A DNA stretch of 63,140 bases, counting the filler, from Craspedostauros australis (Eukaryota), in NCBI GenBank assembly GCA_030167865.1. It is 14 parts of 14 records of this genome, joined end to end, with 100 filler letters (N's around TTAATTAATTAA, not from the genome) between each part and the next. Parts side by side here need not be neighbours in the genome. Positions count along the whole stretch, not along the records: positions 14,082 to 36,777 come from JALAGF010002270.1; positions 36,878 to 39,190 come from JALAGF010002271.1; positions 39,291 to 40,331 come from JALAGF010002272.1; positions 40,432 to 44,423 come from JALAGF010002273.1; 10 more parts are not named here. One strand, 5' to 3'. A program made the position numbers and the translations under genes. This document shows positions 30,878-43,870 of this stretch, one piece after another. How positions within the stretch are numbered: position 1 is the stretch's first letter; each line of letters starts with the position of its first letter. A model generated the notes under the pieces. It was not told where the DNA came from and did no database searches. It worked only from the letters and a program-made list of their open reading frames with translations.

Positions 30878-32462
30878 CTACACACCCATCTCCTCGTCAC
30901 TCTCGGCAGCACTGTCGTTCTCCTCCTGGTTCAGCTTGTTCATGGCAGCAGTCTCCATGCGAAGGGCAGACTCGAAGACGGCGGCGTCGTCGTCGTTGCT
31001 GCAGGCGTTGATCTCTCCACGCAAACTCTTGATGTTCGACAGGGTGCACTCACGGCGGACGGAGTAAGACTTGTTCTGTGTGGCGAGAGCCTTCTGGAGC
31101 TCGAGGTACTCGTGTGAGACGGCAGTGGAACCGGCCTCGTTGACAAGGACGTTGGTTCCTAAATGCAGGTTGCGGTTGCTCTTGTGGTCTGGCTTCATGC
31201 CGGCAGCGCGCTCCTCTGGGGTGCCAATGTACACCTCGTCGAGCTGGAAGCCAGAGACGGCCTTGTGGACAGAGGCAAGGACCCAGGCTCCGGAGCAGAT
31301 ACCAGTGGCTTCCAACAACAGACAGAACTGGAGGAAGATGTAGACAATTGGGTTGGAAAGGAAGGCGATGGGGAAGACGGATGCGACCAGCTGCTATGTG
31401 ATGGACGCGATGATGGTGGTGACGAGGGCTCCGAGAAGTCCGGTGTTGAAGAATTCCTGGGTGCTGTCAGACTCCGAAGATGTTCTCGCCAGTTTCGACC
31501 TCGACATCGAGAGTGGTGACACGGGCGACGATGAAGAAGCACATGGTGACGCAGATCTGACGTCCGATCATGAATCCTGGAAGGTTGCGCCCGTCACCGC
31601 GGAAGAGGAGCTCGCAGGTCTTGCGGGCCATTGGGTGATCTCCACGCTCCTCCCTTGGAAGCTTGGCAATGGCGAAGAGGATGAGTGCGACTCCGTTTGG
31701 CACTCTGGCCCACATGGTGGTCTTTCCATCGAAGAGGGCGACGAGAGTGACGGCCATGGCGTAGCACAGGATGGCGAGGGAGACGAGGATGCGGCCCCAG
31801 TAGAAGAGGTTCTGGGCACCGTCGCGTGGTGGTTCCTTGGACTCGATTTCCTTGCCGGATGCCCAGACGAAGAACATCTGGACGAGGTAGAACGAATGCA
31901 GGAGTCCGGAGAACTCGATGGCGAGGGCGACGTAGAGAGTGAAGACGGCGAAGAAGTTGTTGGTGTAATCAAGCATGCAGAGGGAGGCATTGACTTGGGG
32001 GTTGAGCTGTCCAGCCATGGCGGTCATGAGGATCATAGCGGCTCCGGATCCGAGGAAGATCTGGATGATGATGTCTGGGAGTCCGAAGACCTCGGCATCG
32101 GCTAGCGGGGCACCGCACTGATTGATGGTGAAGACCATGAGGAGGACAATGAACTGACGTCCCATGAGGTAGCGGTCGAGGTTGCCATCCTTGTGGGTGA
32201 GGGAGATGCACGTGTGGCTGGTTGGGTGGGATTCGACGTAGAGATCGCGGTCGACTGGTGGGAGACCGACGAGGGACCCCTGTCCTCCCTCCACCATGTT
32301 GAGCCAGATGAGGGCGGCGATCATGATGATCAGGGCGACGGCTGGGTGGACCTCGGATGAGACCTTGGTCTGCTCATTGAAGATGAGTCCGCAGACGATG
32401 GTGATCGAGAAGATGAGGAGTCCGGTGGAGTACACCGACTTGACGAGCTGAATGGGATCCAT
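30878..32462 (-). pseudogene. SIT: Silicon transporter (SIT) pseudogene
   Basis: EGGQ, MGRQF, CMLD and IGRQI are present. The EGMQ-containing segment is deleted at ~31675 (ILF|AIAKLP). There is a frameshift at ~31470 (GENIFGV then DSTQEFFNTGLLGA in another frame) and a TAG at 31394-31396 in ASIT[W]QLVAS. Confidence 0.9.
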
Positions 32463-33356
32463 CTTGTTTGTTGTTGTTGTTCGTTGCTTTTGCTCTGGTT
32501 GTCGCTTCTTGTTGTTGTGATGCGTTACAGAACTTGCAATGGTTGAAATTGTGAGTGATGCAATGTCAGGTTCGATGAATGCCGCGGAGGCATTTGTGGT
32601 TGTGCGTGATCGTACGCAGTTGCACATAACGCATTGGTTTCGAAAAAACTACTGTGAAACGATCATCTTGGAATGCGATTCATAAGAGTGTCCTAAATTC
32701 ATGTTGGGTCATTCGAATACTCCCTTTTCTTGCGTCTTTGTGTTGTTTAAGCCTGCAATCCATGATTAACTCATGTGAAGGCTAACAACAGCCTTTCTTG
32801 TCATTCACGACCATAGACATACTGCACACATGCCCGGCTCGTGGAGCAAGTGAGCTGCCGGTCATCGCCGATCATATTTCTCGACCTTCACATGAGTGGA
32901 TGCAACCACAGAGAAGAGAGCGAGACAACACAAGCGAACAAGTGAGGCGTCGGAGTTTTTCTCCCCTCTGGTGTGATGGGATAGCCAGGCTGATGCTCTC
33001 ACGATGTGCAACATGTTCCCATGACAGCGCTTGAGATCGAAAGGAGGCTCGTGTCATCGATCCTCCCATCGCCATCAGCTTTGACCAGAATAGAGTCAGC
33101 CGCACAGCAACAGCAACACAGAGAGTGACATCCGCGACTATGTTGACAAAAGCGAAGACAAATCACACTGCCAGCCAATGGCATCCAGCAGCCGTAACCT
33201 GCCGTGTCTCGTCGATCTCCGAGATCCCCCACAAAGACGACAACCCCCAAGACATAATACGAGCCGCAGCTACAATCCATCCGTTCCCCAGCATCCGTCG
33301 CTGCGCTGGACTCCGCAAACAGTACGCAATCCATTTCCACTTCCGCTTCAGGCACG

Positions 33357-36300
33357 ATGCAACATACTCAGCCACCGCTCGAGTCACGGCTCAGCAAGAC
33401 ATCACTTCGCCTGCACGACAGTGTCTTGACGTCAGGCAATGAGTTCTACGATGATGGATACAACGAGACCGAGCTTGAGACAGAAGTGCCAAACACACTC
33501 TTCTCCAATCGCGGCGGCAGCAATGGCGAAGCGGACAGTGATGGCATCCACCAATTCTTTGGACGCGAGAATGAGTTGCAACAATTGCATCGTGCATTCG
33601 ATCGGATGATGAATCATTCCAAATCCAACAAGCCAACCAGAAAGACGAAGGGAACTGCCCAGAACCCTTCATCGGATTCCATCCCTGCGTCTGGATCATC
33701 TGCGGATGCGTCCTCCAGTCGACCCTTCGTCCCAGCTGCGTTCGTTTGGGGTACCAGCGGCACAGGCAAGTCGAAGCTCGTGGATATCTTCTGCAACCAG
33801 TTGCTCGATCCTGGTCGCAACACGAGCAAGACAAAAGGCATCCGTGTGCTCAAGGGGAAGTTCCAGGAGCACCAGAAAGGCAACCCGTTCTCCGCCATCA
33901 CCCAGGCGTTGTCCGATTGGTGCAAGCAGCTGACTCGCTCGCATGTGCAACTGGCTCCACTCAAGGAGGCCAGCACCAACGCAAGGACTGAAGCGACGAC
34001 TGACGGCAATGTAACCACAGACGTAGATGCAGGTGCAAGCGCGGACAAGCATCGCTGCCGGCATGTCACGAGTCAACCATCAGAGCTGCAACAGCTTCGA
34101 TCCATTGTCGCGTCAAGCAATCTCACAATGCAGCAGAAGGACGTCCTTGTCGCGCTCGTGCCAGCACTATCCATTCTCTTCAGCGAAGACGGGAGTTGCA
34201 ACGCATCCATCACTTCCTCAATTGTGCAACAGGTTCAGGCTCCACAAATCTCATCGACCGAGACATCGTGGAACCGGTTCCAATACGCTTTCACTCAATT
34301 CTTGTCCCTTATTTCATCAAGGCACCATCCCGTGGTGATGGTACTAGATGATCTGCAATGGGCGTCGCAAGAGTGCATGGACATCATCTCCACTGCCATG
34401 TATCAGCCTCACTTCCTGTGGATTGGCACGATCCGGCAAGAGATCAATCCGCATTCTCCCAACGAGCTCATGGAATTCAATGGAGATCTCCCCCTCATGC
34501 AGGTCCTGAACGAGTTGCAACAGCAATGCGCGGAATCACCCTCCAATCCGACGAAGACACCCTACATCGACATCCATCTGCAAAACTTCAGCAAACAAGA
34601 GCTACACGAGTGGGCGTCGCAATTGTTCGACCAGGAGGATACCGTTGTAGATGAGGTGGCCGAGCTCCTATATGACCAGACCGACGGCAACATCTTCCAC
34701 ACACGTCAGCTTCTGCAAGACATGGAACGCACGAAGGCCTTGACGTACAGCCGCATCACGTTCCAGTGGGAGCTTGATTCCTCCTTGATCAGTTTCAATC
34801 AGCCCAGCCACAACAACAGTGGCAATCGCAGTTGCAACGATGCTATGAGTGGTAGCGGCCATGTGGCAACAAACAACGTGATCCAACTCATTTCATCCAA
34901 GCTGCGATCTCTGCCTGTTCCTTTGCAGAAGGCCCTCATACTGGCATCGTACATTCGATCCTCGTTTGAGCTGGACCCTCTGCAGGCGGTCTGGGACTAC
35001 GAAGAGCAAAACAATCCCACAGGAGGTGACATTCTTCCCGCTCCAGCTCATAGCTCTGAACACGAAACAAGTACGCCACTTGCGGAGTGGCTGGAACAGG
35101 CTGTTCTGGAGGGCCTTCTCGCGAACTCCATCGGTGGTGCAAGCTACCGCTTCGCACACGACCGCATCCAACAGACAGCACGCAATCTCGTGCCGTTCGG
35201 AGAGGTTCGAACCAAGCTCCGTCTGCGAATTGGCCAGTGCTTGTGGGAGTTCTGCACAAGGAGTGATGAAGCAAACAAAGCTAGAGATCAGGGAAATGAC
35301 GGCAGCATTTTCTTCATCGCAGCCGATCACCTCAACTGCGCCCCAACCAAGGACCACCTCGCAGCGGCTCGACGAAACCTTCGGGTTGGCGAGCACGCAC
35401 TCCAAATCGCCGCATTGGTGCCTGCTGCAACGTATCTCCAACTTGCAAGCACTGCATTGCGCAAGGTGAGAGGTGACCCATGGCAGGAACACTACGACTT
35501 GATGATTCGGTTGGTGCGCGCACGGTGCGGTGTCGAGCTCGCGCTAAATCGATTCGACTTGGGGTATTCGCTGGGATACGAGCTGCTGGATCATGCTCGA
35601 TCCATCCACGACAAGGTACTTACGTATATTGCGATGGCCAATGCCCTTGGCAAACAAAATGAGCACACAAGGGGCTTGCAGTTGGCTCAACAAGGTGCCC
35701 AATTGTGTGGCAAGTACCCCAAGCGATGGTTCCTGTTGCATGCTGTGCCACAGCTTCTTTCTGCCAGAGCGTACTTGAAGAGAACAACCACGCAACAGTT
35801 CTTTGACCAGAATCCCATCACAACCAATCCGCAGACGTTGCTCTCGATGGATTTAATGCAAGAGATCACCGTCAGAGCGTACTCATGCCAAGACATGCTA
35901 TCATGGATGCTGACGACCGTGAGACTGATCCAAATCACGAGGAGGGATGGCATCTGCGAGTACTCTGCTGGTGCGATTATTAGTTTTTCTATCGCCCAGA
36001 CAAGATGGGGCGAGTTTGCGGACGCTTGTAAATCTGCCAAGCTTGCGAAGGAGATCATTCGTAGGGTGGGCAGTGGTACGAAGACGGAGGGGTGGATCTA
36101 TTACATTGTGGCACTCTACGTCGATTCATTCTACAAACCATGGCATGAAATAACAGGCGACTTCCAGCATGCTTACAAGTCAGCCATGGCAGTTGGTGAC
36201 GTTGAGCTCAGTGTGATGGCACAAAATACCGGCCTCGTCTTTGCATTCTTCCACGGACGTCCTCTGACCGAAGTGGTGCCAAACGCTCTCTCTCTCCTCG

Positions 36301-36777
36301 AGCAGATGAGGATGTACAAGATTGATACATTCAAGGGTGTGGTGACTGAAATGTTGACTCTGTACCAAAACATGCAAGGCACGATGGAGTTGGATTGGAA
36401 GGCACTCATGGATGTTGGCAAGTATGAGCATGCTGGTCCATTTGAGCGGGAAAATGCTTATTGGGGACGGCTCCACCTTGCGGTGTATTTCGGAAAGTTC
36501 AAACACGCAGAGAAGATGGACCATATGCTCATGACGCATGACACCGGTGACGGCAACTTTGCCTTGGTCACATCCGTTGCCATTCTCAGCGGCGTCATGG
36601 CCTCTCACCGATACCGACAAACGAAGAAGAGCAAGTACCTCAAGATGCTGCGACAGCAAAAGCGGCAGCTGAAATACATCTGTGATATCCAAGGAACTTG
36701 CGCACTCCATCGGTACTTGATTCTACGTGCTGAGTGGAAAGCAATCAAGGCAGGAAACGCGAAGCCCGCCCTCGTGG
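33357..36777 (+). CDS. STAND-type AAA ATPase (AAA_16-like) with a C-terminal helical/TPR-like region; 3' truncated
   Basis: FFGRENELQQL, Walker A GTSGTGKS, Walker B VMVLDDLQWA, TDGNIFH, YRFAHDRIQQ. Resembles the central module of bacterial Ser/Thr kinase-ATPase-histidine kinase proteins. Confidence 0.85.
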
Positions 36778-36901
36778 NNNNNNNNNNNNNNNNNNNNNNN
36801 NNNNNNNNNNNNNNNNNNNNNTTAATTAATTAANNNNNNNNNNNNNNNNNNNNNNNNNNNNNNNNNNNNNNNNNNNNGCACGGACGATCGGAAGGGCCGT
36901 C

Positions 36902-38476
36902 GTGGCCGTGGTGACCATGATCATGTTCGTGGCCTCATTGTTGACGTCCATGACGGCAATCGCCACCAATCTCGATGAGTATGAGGCCGCAATGTCAATT
37001 TCATCTCAAGGGTTGCCGGTTGCGGAACAGCGATTGACGCTGCCGCAAATCGGGTTGGAGACAAATACGTCAGTGCCTACGAATACTGAGCGATTCTCCA
37101 CAGAGCCGCCGATGCAGATTCAAGAGCATTCACAGGCAGAACATGAAACGGTGCAATCTACGGAGCAGTCGACACAACAAGCATCCACACAACCACCGAC
37201 GAAGCAGCCAACTCAGCAGCCAACTCAGCAGCCGACACAACAAGGGTCCACAAAACAACCGATACAAGTCGTACCATTGGGTTTGATGTCACAAATCGTA
37301 CAATTCCCACGCTTCATGACCGTGCAAGAGGCTGATCCGATGTTCGCGGAACCCTCAGATTCAGCTTGCAACGTCACCGATGCTTCACTTCCAGTGATGT
37401 ACGCAAGCTTGAAATATGAACGAACGTTCCCGATCATCAAGATCATCAAATGTGTGCATGGTAATTGCATGGATACGGATCAGAAGAGGCTGGCCGCGGG
37501 AAACAAACCATTGCACACGGCGGTCTGCGCAATTTCTCAACGCAGCGACATGCATCACTTCCCCCACGCCCTGCAGCACATCCTCCAGTGCTGGTCCATG
37601 TGGCGGCGTTTCCCCCGCGCCAAGTATATCATGATGCTGAGCCCGGATCAGAAGCGCACGATGACGACTCGAACGAGCTTCAGCTCCGCCATGGTGGAAT
37701 TGTTGGATCGCAACAATATCATTCTGGATACCACAATCTCGTATCCACCTGAATACGTCAAAAACGCGAAGGGCAACAAGCGCGGCATGTTGGTTGCATG
37801 GTCCAGAAACAGCAACATTTTTCGCGTGGGAAACATCACGGATGTGCCGCACTTCCGAAGCAAAGCCATGGAACTGATTCCAATCCTTCCAAGCGAAACG
37901 ATGTATTGCGGAGGTGTCAGTGGTTCAGAAGTTCAAACCAGCGACGGCGGTGGGGCTTCCATCCAACACCACTTTACCAACAGCACATTTCCGCGCATCG
38001 CCATTCTGAATCGACGTGTGACTCGCCGCCTTCTGCAATCGACGACGATATCGCTGCGTCTGCAGGAGCATTTCCACCTCCCCTACAAACCGCCCGTATT
38101 CTACTTTGAGAACATGTCCTATCAGGACCAAGCGCGGGCATTCACCAACGTCGACATCCTCATCACACCACACGGTGCGCAGCTCACCGGCATCTTCTTC
38201 ATGCCGCGATGCGGATCGGTGATCGAAATCTTCCCATCCAAGTACTACTTGCCCGACTTCTTTGGTTCGTTGGCCACTGTCTGCGGCTTGCATCATGCGC
38301 ACATCTTCTTGGGTAGTAACACCAGCGATGCACATGCAAGCATGCAGTCCTTGAGCGACCGCACCCAGGGGCGCGCGGACAACTTGTGTGCCGGTATTGC
38401 ACCGATCATTGAAGCGGTGCAGATCGAACTGAACAATTGGCGGGCTTGTTGTGGCGGCGATGCCGTCGAATCATAA
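36902..38476 (+). CDS. Glycosyltransferase family 61 (DUF563)-like protein; probably 5' truncated
   Basis: N-terminal TM segment, QQPT-repeat stem, HHFPHALQ, IAILNRR, ITPHGAQLTGIFFMPRCGSVIEIFP. Confidence 0.82.
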   Translation: MAVVTMIMFVASLLTSMTAIATNLDEYEAAMSISSQGLPVAEQRLTLPQIGLETNTSVPTNTERFSTEPPMQIQEHSQAEHETVQSTEQSTQQASTQPPTKQPTQQPTQQPTQQGSTKQPIQVVPLGLMSQIVQFPRFMTVQEADPMFAEPSDSACNVTDASLPVMYASLKYERTFPIIKIIKCVHGNCMDTDQKRLAAGNKPLHTAVCAISQRSDMHHFPHALQHILQCWSMWRRFPRAKYIMMLSPDQKRTMTTRTSFSSAMVELLDRNNIILDTTISYPPEYVKNAKGNKRGMLVAWSRNSNIFRVGNITDVPHFRSKAMELIPILPSETMYCGGVSGSEVQTSDGGGASIQHHFTNSTFPRIAILNRRVTRRLLQSTTISLRLQEHFHLPYKPPVFYFENMSYQDQARAFTNVDILITPHGAQLTGIFFMPRCGSVIEIFPSKYYLPDFFGSLATVCGLHHAHIFLGSNTSDAHASMQSLSDRTQGRADNLCAGIAPIIEAVQIELNNWRACCGGDAVES

Positions 38477-38920
38477 TGGAGCATCGTGTAAAGTATATAT
38501 ATACTCCTGCTACCTTGATCGATCCATGCCTACGTACCAATATTGATGTGATAGATCGTACATATGAGCACCTTCGTTTCTGTCGTGGTGCCTTGGTACT
38601 AGATTCGCACGCGATCACGAAAAGATCGTGACTGAACGTGTCCTTCAATCGTGAAACTACCAAAAGTTCAACGTTCGCAACAACACCAATGATGTGGATG
38701 CCTTGATGGATCCAAACCACCACTCTCACAATGTACAATACTATTCACAACAAGACACAGCACCATCTCCATCCTTTCACAGAGCGCGGACCATGGTACG
38801 GTCAGCCACTCGATGTTGACGTGCGGCTATTGATTCCAGTCCCGCACGTGACCCGACTGACCGACGTACGCAAAGTGCGCACCTCGCGCCCACTTTCCTC
38901 CTAGTGCCTCGAAGAGCCGG

Positions 38921-38964
38921 CTGTAACCAATTTTTTTGGTTACAGTTGGTTACAGTTGGTTACA
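38921..38964. repeat. 10-bp motif TTGGTTACAG x3 plus one inverted copy forming a hairpin
   Basis: CTGTAACCAA-TTTTT-TTGGTTACAG-TTGGTTACAG-TTGGTTACA. Confidence 0.85.
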
Positions 38965-40819
38965 AGAAAAATGTCGTGTAGATCGTGGTACGATTTCTAC
39001 GTAAGTCCCGAACAAAAACAGGCCAAAAACAGCATCAACCAAAGTTAAACTCTCCGGACTTAGCTCATGTGAGTGTTCCTGTACTCGTCTTGCTATTGTA
39101 GCATCATATAGCGTTTATATATACAATCCTGAAGCTTGGTGTCTGTTGCTCTCTTTCTCGGTGAGCACTGATGTGATCCGTCAAGCACCCNNNNNNNNNN
39201 NNNNNNNNNNNNNNNNNNNNNNNNNNNNNNNNNNTTAATTAATTAANNNNNNNNNNNNNNNNNNNNNNNNNNNNNNNNNNNNNNNNNNNNATGCCGCGCC
39301 CATTATGGATGCATCAGCGTGTCGCCAGGGAGTATGAGAATGCACGAGGATCACGTGGAGGGGCTGCAAGGATCGGATGAATGAGGTATGTATCCGTATC
39401 CGCGCCGCATCCAGATTGTGAATGGTTTTTTGACAACGCTCTTTTTCACTGCAGGGACACTTTGGGCCATGTCATGTGGGTATCTGTGGCCAAGCTTCAT
39501 GGAGTGGATAGATGGAGAGTATACCAAACCATTGTGGTGCGCAGTTTGCCAAAATACCAGGATGACGATGATGATCATGGGTGCTGATTGGAGGGCAACA
39601 TTGCTTGGTCGAGAATTTTGTGAATCCACCACACAACTGTGTGGTGGACCAACATGAAAATAAAAACAGCTTCAATATCAATTAAACTTCGATATTCTGT
39701 ATAAACACTAGTCAGGCGTATTAACGCACTGTTTAGATTTAATTGTAGACGATGTGTTGTTGAGATATAGCATGACAAGCAGATATTGGATGTGCTTTTT
39801 GGATGGACTCTAGACTCGATTAAGTAGCATGACCAGGCACCCACAAAACTCCACAACTAGTGGTATCGCGGTGACGCACAGCCATCACAAAATTTCCGTC
39901 TCATCATCCAACACAGCCTCACTTTCTGTGTTCGCCTTCATGGTGTGAGCATCACACCACCTCTGATTCTCCAATTCCTCTTCCTCTCTCTGCAACTCTT
40001 CTTCAATTCGTTCCTCCTCTGTTGCAGCTGGTGCATTGGAGGTTGCCACAATTACAGATGCTGTTGCTGTGCTTGTTGGGTTGGTGTTGGTGTTGGTNNN
40101 NNNNNNNNNNNNNNNNNNNNNNNNNNNNTGCTTCTTGTCCTTGCGTTGTTTGGCGTTGTACGCTGCAAACAACGACGCTTTGACGCGCATGGGATTTGCG
40201 TGCAGTTGTACGTACCAGTCCGTTTTGGTTTTTTCGTCCTTCATCAATTTCTCGTGTGCTTCGTGTTCGGACGGTCTGTTCTTCGGGTCCTTCGCGGACG
40301 CTGCGCAGATGTCCTTCAATTTGTCCGCGATNNNNNNNNNNNNNNNNNNNNNNNNNNNNNNNNNNNNNNNNNNNNTTAATTAATTAANNNNNNNNNNNNN
40401 NNNNNNNNNNNNNNNNNNNNNNNNNNNNNNNAGTCAATCAAGACTGACGAGTCGTGAATCAAAATTGAAATCAGATTAGTCAAGACTCAAACTGAAGTCG
40501 GATGAGTCAAGGTTCTAACTGGAAGTCTGATTAGTCAAAGCTCCAGTTGGAAGAATGATTGGTCAAGATTCAATCGTAAAAATATTTGCATATGAAAAGG
40601 GATATCGCCATCCAAACCCTGACCTCCATCCAAAACGAGAAGTCTAACAGAGAGTGGCGCAGGTTTGGGATAAGGCACAAACAACATGATCTCGAAATGC
40701 ATGAATACGATTGACAAGAGGTGCAGACAGCAGAAGGAAGAGAGATAGCTCAAGTAATCATAATTTTGATCTTACATCATCAACAACAACATTCATTATC
40801 ATTAGCAATCGTATGAACA

Positions 40820-43800
40820 TCAATCGTCCGCCGGCATAAGGCAGACTTGCCAACAATTGTTCCGCATGGGAACATGCTGGTCATGGAGCGTTCCATGCTG
40901 CTGCTCGACTGTGTCCAGCACGTTCGCGATGTATTTTTCGCATCCGACGCTCCATTTGCCTTTCGCATTCCTGGAATAGTTGTTGCCCAGATAGTATTTG
41001 GGTGGGCCAATGTCTTTGATGGTGTAGACTTGCTGGATGGACTTCATGTATTGATCTGGTTCTTTTGCCATGATCTTGAAGTCATCAACATGCATGCATA
41101 TGTAGTCATACCCAGTGTTGTCCCTCTGATTGATCCATACGTCCTGGTCATGCCATGATGGAGAGCACCCCACGGATGAGAGTGTGTTTGCGAAGTGAGC
41201 ATGGAATCTTTGCGTGCTCGATCGGAGTCCGTACAGCGCCTTCTTGAGTACGATTGTCTGACCCTCTCTGTGATAGAACTCTTTTCCTGCCCTCACGTAT
41301 ATCTTCTCATTAGTGTATGCATTGACAAATACGTTCCCCACATCGCTGCAGAGTTGCTTCAGCTTGTTTGCATCCGTGATGACATCGAGTATCCGTACAC
41401 TGGTTGATTTGACGGTTGATGAGTATACTCTAATGTCGTCAGCGAGTTAGGTGAGGTGACCGCCGGCTACCAGCCGCCCCTTGCGCCGCAGATCCTGTTT
41501 CATAGCAAAGATGAGCTGGAGCTTGGTGCTCTGGTAGTACGATGAAGGTTGGTGAGTGGATGGATGGAATTCAAAGCAATCGAGGTCGATCAGAGCGTCA
41601 ATCTCTTTCTTTGCTGCGTCCTTCCACAATGAGTTGCCATTGACTTTGTCAAGTTGGAGTGCGTGTCGCATATTGTGTGGCACTTCCACACCGTATTGGA
41701 ATACTGTAGCAAAGAAGTCCTTTTTTGGCTTCTTCTTTCCTGGTCGTTTGCGCCTCAGGATGGCGATGCTGGCGTTGTCGTCGACTGTGAAGATGTGTTT
41801 GCGTTCGATTCGTCGCATGCGTCTGCGTATCGCGCGAACAGTGTGTTTTGCCCATTTCAGTATTGTTGTTCACTGTCGATTGTGCCTGTCGTGCCTTTGC
41901 GGCTCGTAGGCGATGATGTATCGCACCACGAGCTTGGGATGGTCTGCCCTCAGGATGTTGTATCGGAACCATTGCGTCTCATTGTTGTCCCATTTCACAT
42001 TGAGGTGAAGGTGACCGTTGCGGAATGAGTGGCCTTCGATGGATGTATTTGCTGTTTTTTCGTATCGTCTTTTGCGATCTGATTTTGGAACATCTCATCA
42101 TGCTCGCGCTCAGCCAGAGTGTCGACACACCCCTGAATCCGCTGCTTGGGAGAATCCGGAATCCTCACTGCTTCAGAGTCATCGGATTCTCCCAAGATGT
42201 CCGCAGTCGAGAGATCATCTTCCCCGTCGTCGTCAGATATTGCGCCCGTGGGCCCGCTGTCGCGGTTGTCATCGTCATCGACGATGACATTTGGCTGACC
42301 GAACCATCGGTCTTCATTTGGAGGACTGTTTTCGCTGACCGCGACACCTCTGACCTCCGGTGGTCCTTCCTCAGGGATGCGAGCCCGCCGCCCCCGACCG
42401 CACGGTATTCGCGTCGATGGCCTCACGGATCTGTCGAGCGAGCTGCGCCGGCATCGTCTTGGTGCGCGCTCATTGGCCCAAGTTGCCTCTGGTAGTAGTA
42501 TGTATGAGATCGAGGCGTGCGATGCGTTGCACTTCCTCGTTGGTGATTTGCGGCGCCCTGGCGTCTTCCGCGATTCGTGGTTTCATGATGTTCCGCACCA
42601 GGGCGGTGCCCTTGGTTTTGTCGTCGCCTTGCGACGACCAGATGTGGTAGGTGAGGGTCTCCATGATCCCAAGCGATTCCCAGGAAGTATCCTGGCTTGA
42701 ATGAGTGATGTGGAAATTTGGTCATTGGCTCGAAATATCAGACTGGTTGAAACAACGTGAACCTGAACATGGAGATGTCTGGAGTGTTCCCTCGCAGCAG
42801 CTTGATGAGATTCTTCCACTGGATGCTCTCCTTCGCCATGTAGTTCCATAAGTCGATGGCGTGTTGCACCGCGTCGCACCAAAAGGTTAGAGGCACGGAT
42901 GCCACCTAAAGCAACTGGTATGCGTGGCGCTTGATGTCACCAATCGCCCGCTCTGCTTGGTTCTGATTCTGATTCATTGGAGCAGTGAAGGAGTGCTTGA
43001 TCATGTACCTCATCGTCACGGCCTTCCATGCCTTGCTGGCTTTGACCTGTGAGTAGTCCAAGATGAGTAGGTCAGGTGACCCAACCTGCATGATGAAATC
43101 AGTGAGCGCCCCTGGCGCCATTGCCTCTTGTCAGAGCGGCTTGGCCCAGATGAACTTGGACTCATTGTGCGTGAATAGCTGGAAGCACTTGTAGTGTTGA
43201 ATAAATGGGACCGTGGAGAAGAATGGATTGGTGTCCACTCTGCCCTTGATTCGGTGTGGCCGTAGCGCGCCGGCTCGCTTCGCACGGTACTGCCTTGGGA
43301 TGAGTCTTGACTCTGCCTTGATGGGAGTATCGGCCAGCTGGGTCGATGCTGCTTTCGTTTTCTCGACCACCTGTTGTGGGAGATGCCAGAAGACCTCGTT
43401 GAAGTCAGCACTGGTGTGGGGTCGCCAAAGGCGTCTGTGTCTGTCGCATATAGAAATATGCTTAGTTTGAGTTAGCTCGCGAGCTGTCAGTTTCCGAATT
43501 AGGATGCGCAGGGTATTGCTGTCGTGATTGGCCAGCGAGATGCTGATGTCGCCAGACGATATCCGTTGCTGCCTGTCGTGTTGTCGAAGCCAATCGTAGA
43601 TGCTGATGTCGGACGCACGCATGTGGTGTGTATTGAACAGCGATTCCATCTGCTGTGGATGCTTGTCGAGAGCCATGAAATATGCCTTGATGAGGATCAC
43701 TCCGCCTTCTGGCGGCTCGTACGCTGCCACTGAAACGTCTCTATCTGCGAGTCCACTGTCGCCCCTCGGGCGTGGAACTGCTGCTGGTGATTTCGGGTTA

Positions 43801-43870
43801 CCACCCATCCAGACGCATGAACAATGTCGCCGTCCGCGCCTGAGTCTAGAATGATATAGCCGTGGCTACT
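40820..43870 (-). pseudogene. Decayed pol of a second CoDi-like copia element (PR-IN-chromodomain-like-RT)
   Basis: IILDSGAD (~43840); LILDYSQ...NQNQAER; PGYFLGIAWDHGD; NVKWDNNETQW; FQYGVEVP; KGRLVAGGHLT; KKALYGLRSS; ICMHVDDF. Many stops and frameshifts. Confidence 0.9.

Noticed and set aside
31353..32105. Acidic 250-aa ORF, and similar antisense ORFs over SDA1, gag, the LINE and ENTH genes
   Set aside because: Antisense shadows of real coding sequences caused by codon bias.
14552..36777. Bacterial-style defence operon (TatD + ATPase + ankyrin)
   Set aside because: The genes are far apart and interleaved with housekeeping eukaryotic genes on both strands, one with an intron.
39291..40331. 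Short ORFs including the 144-aa minus-strand ORF
   Set aside because: Contains an N gap and low-complexity tracts; no family recognised.
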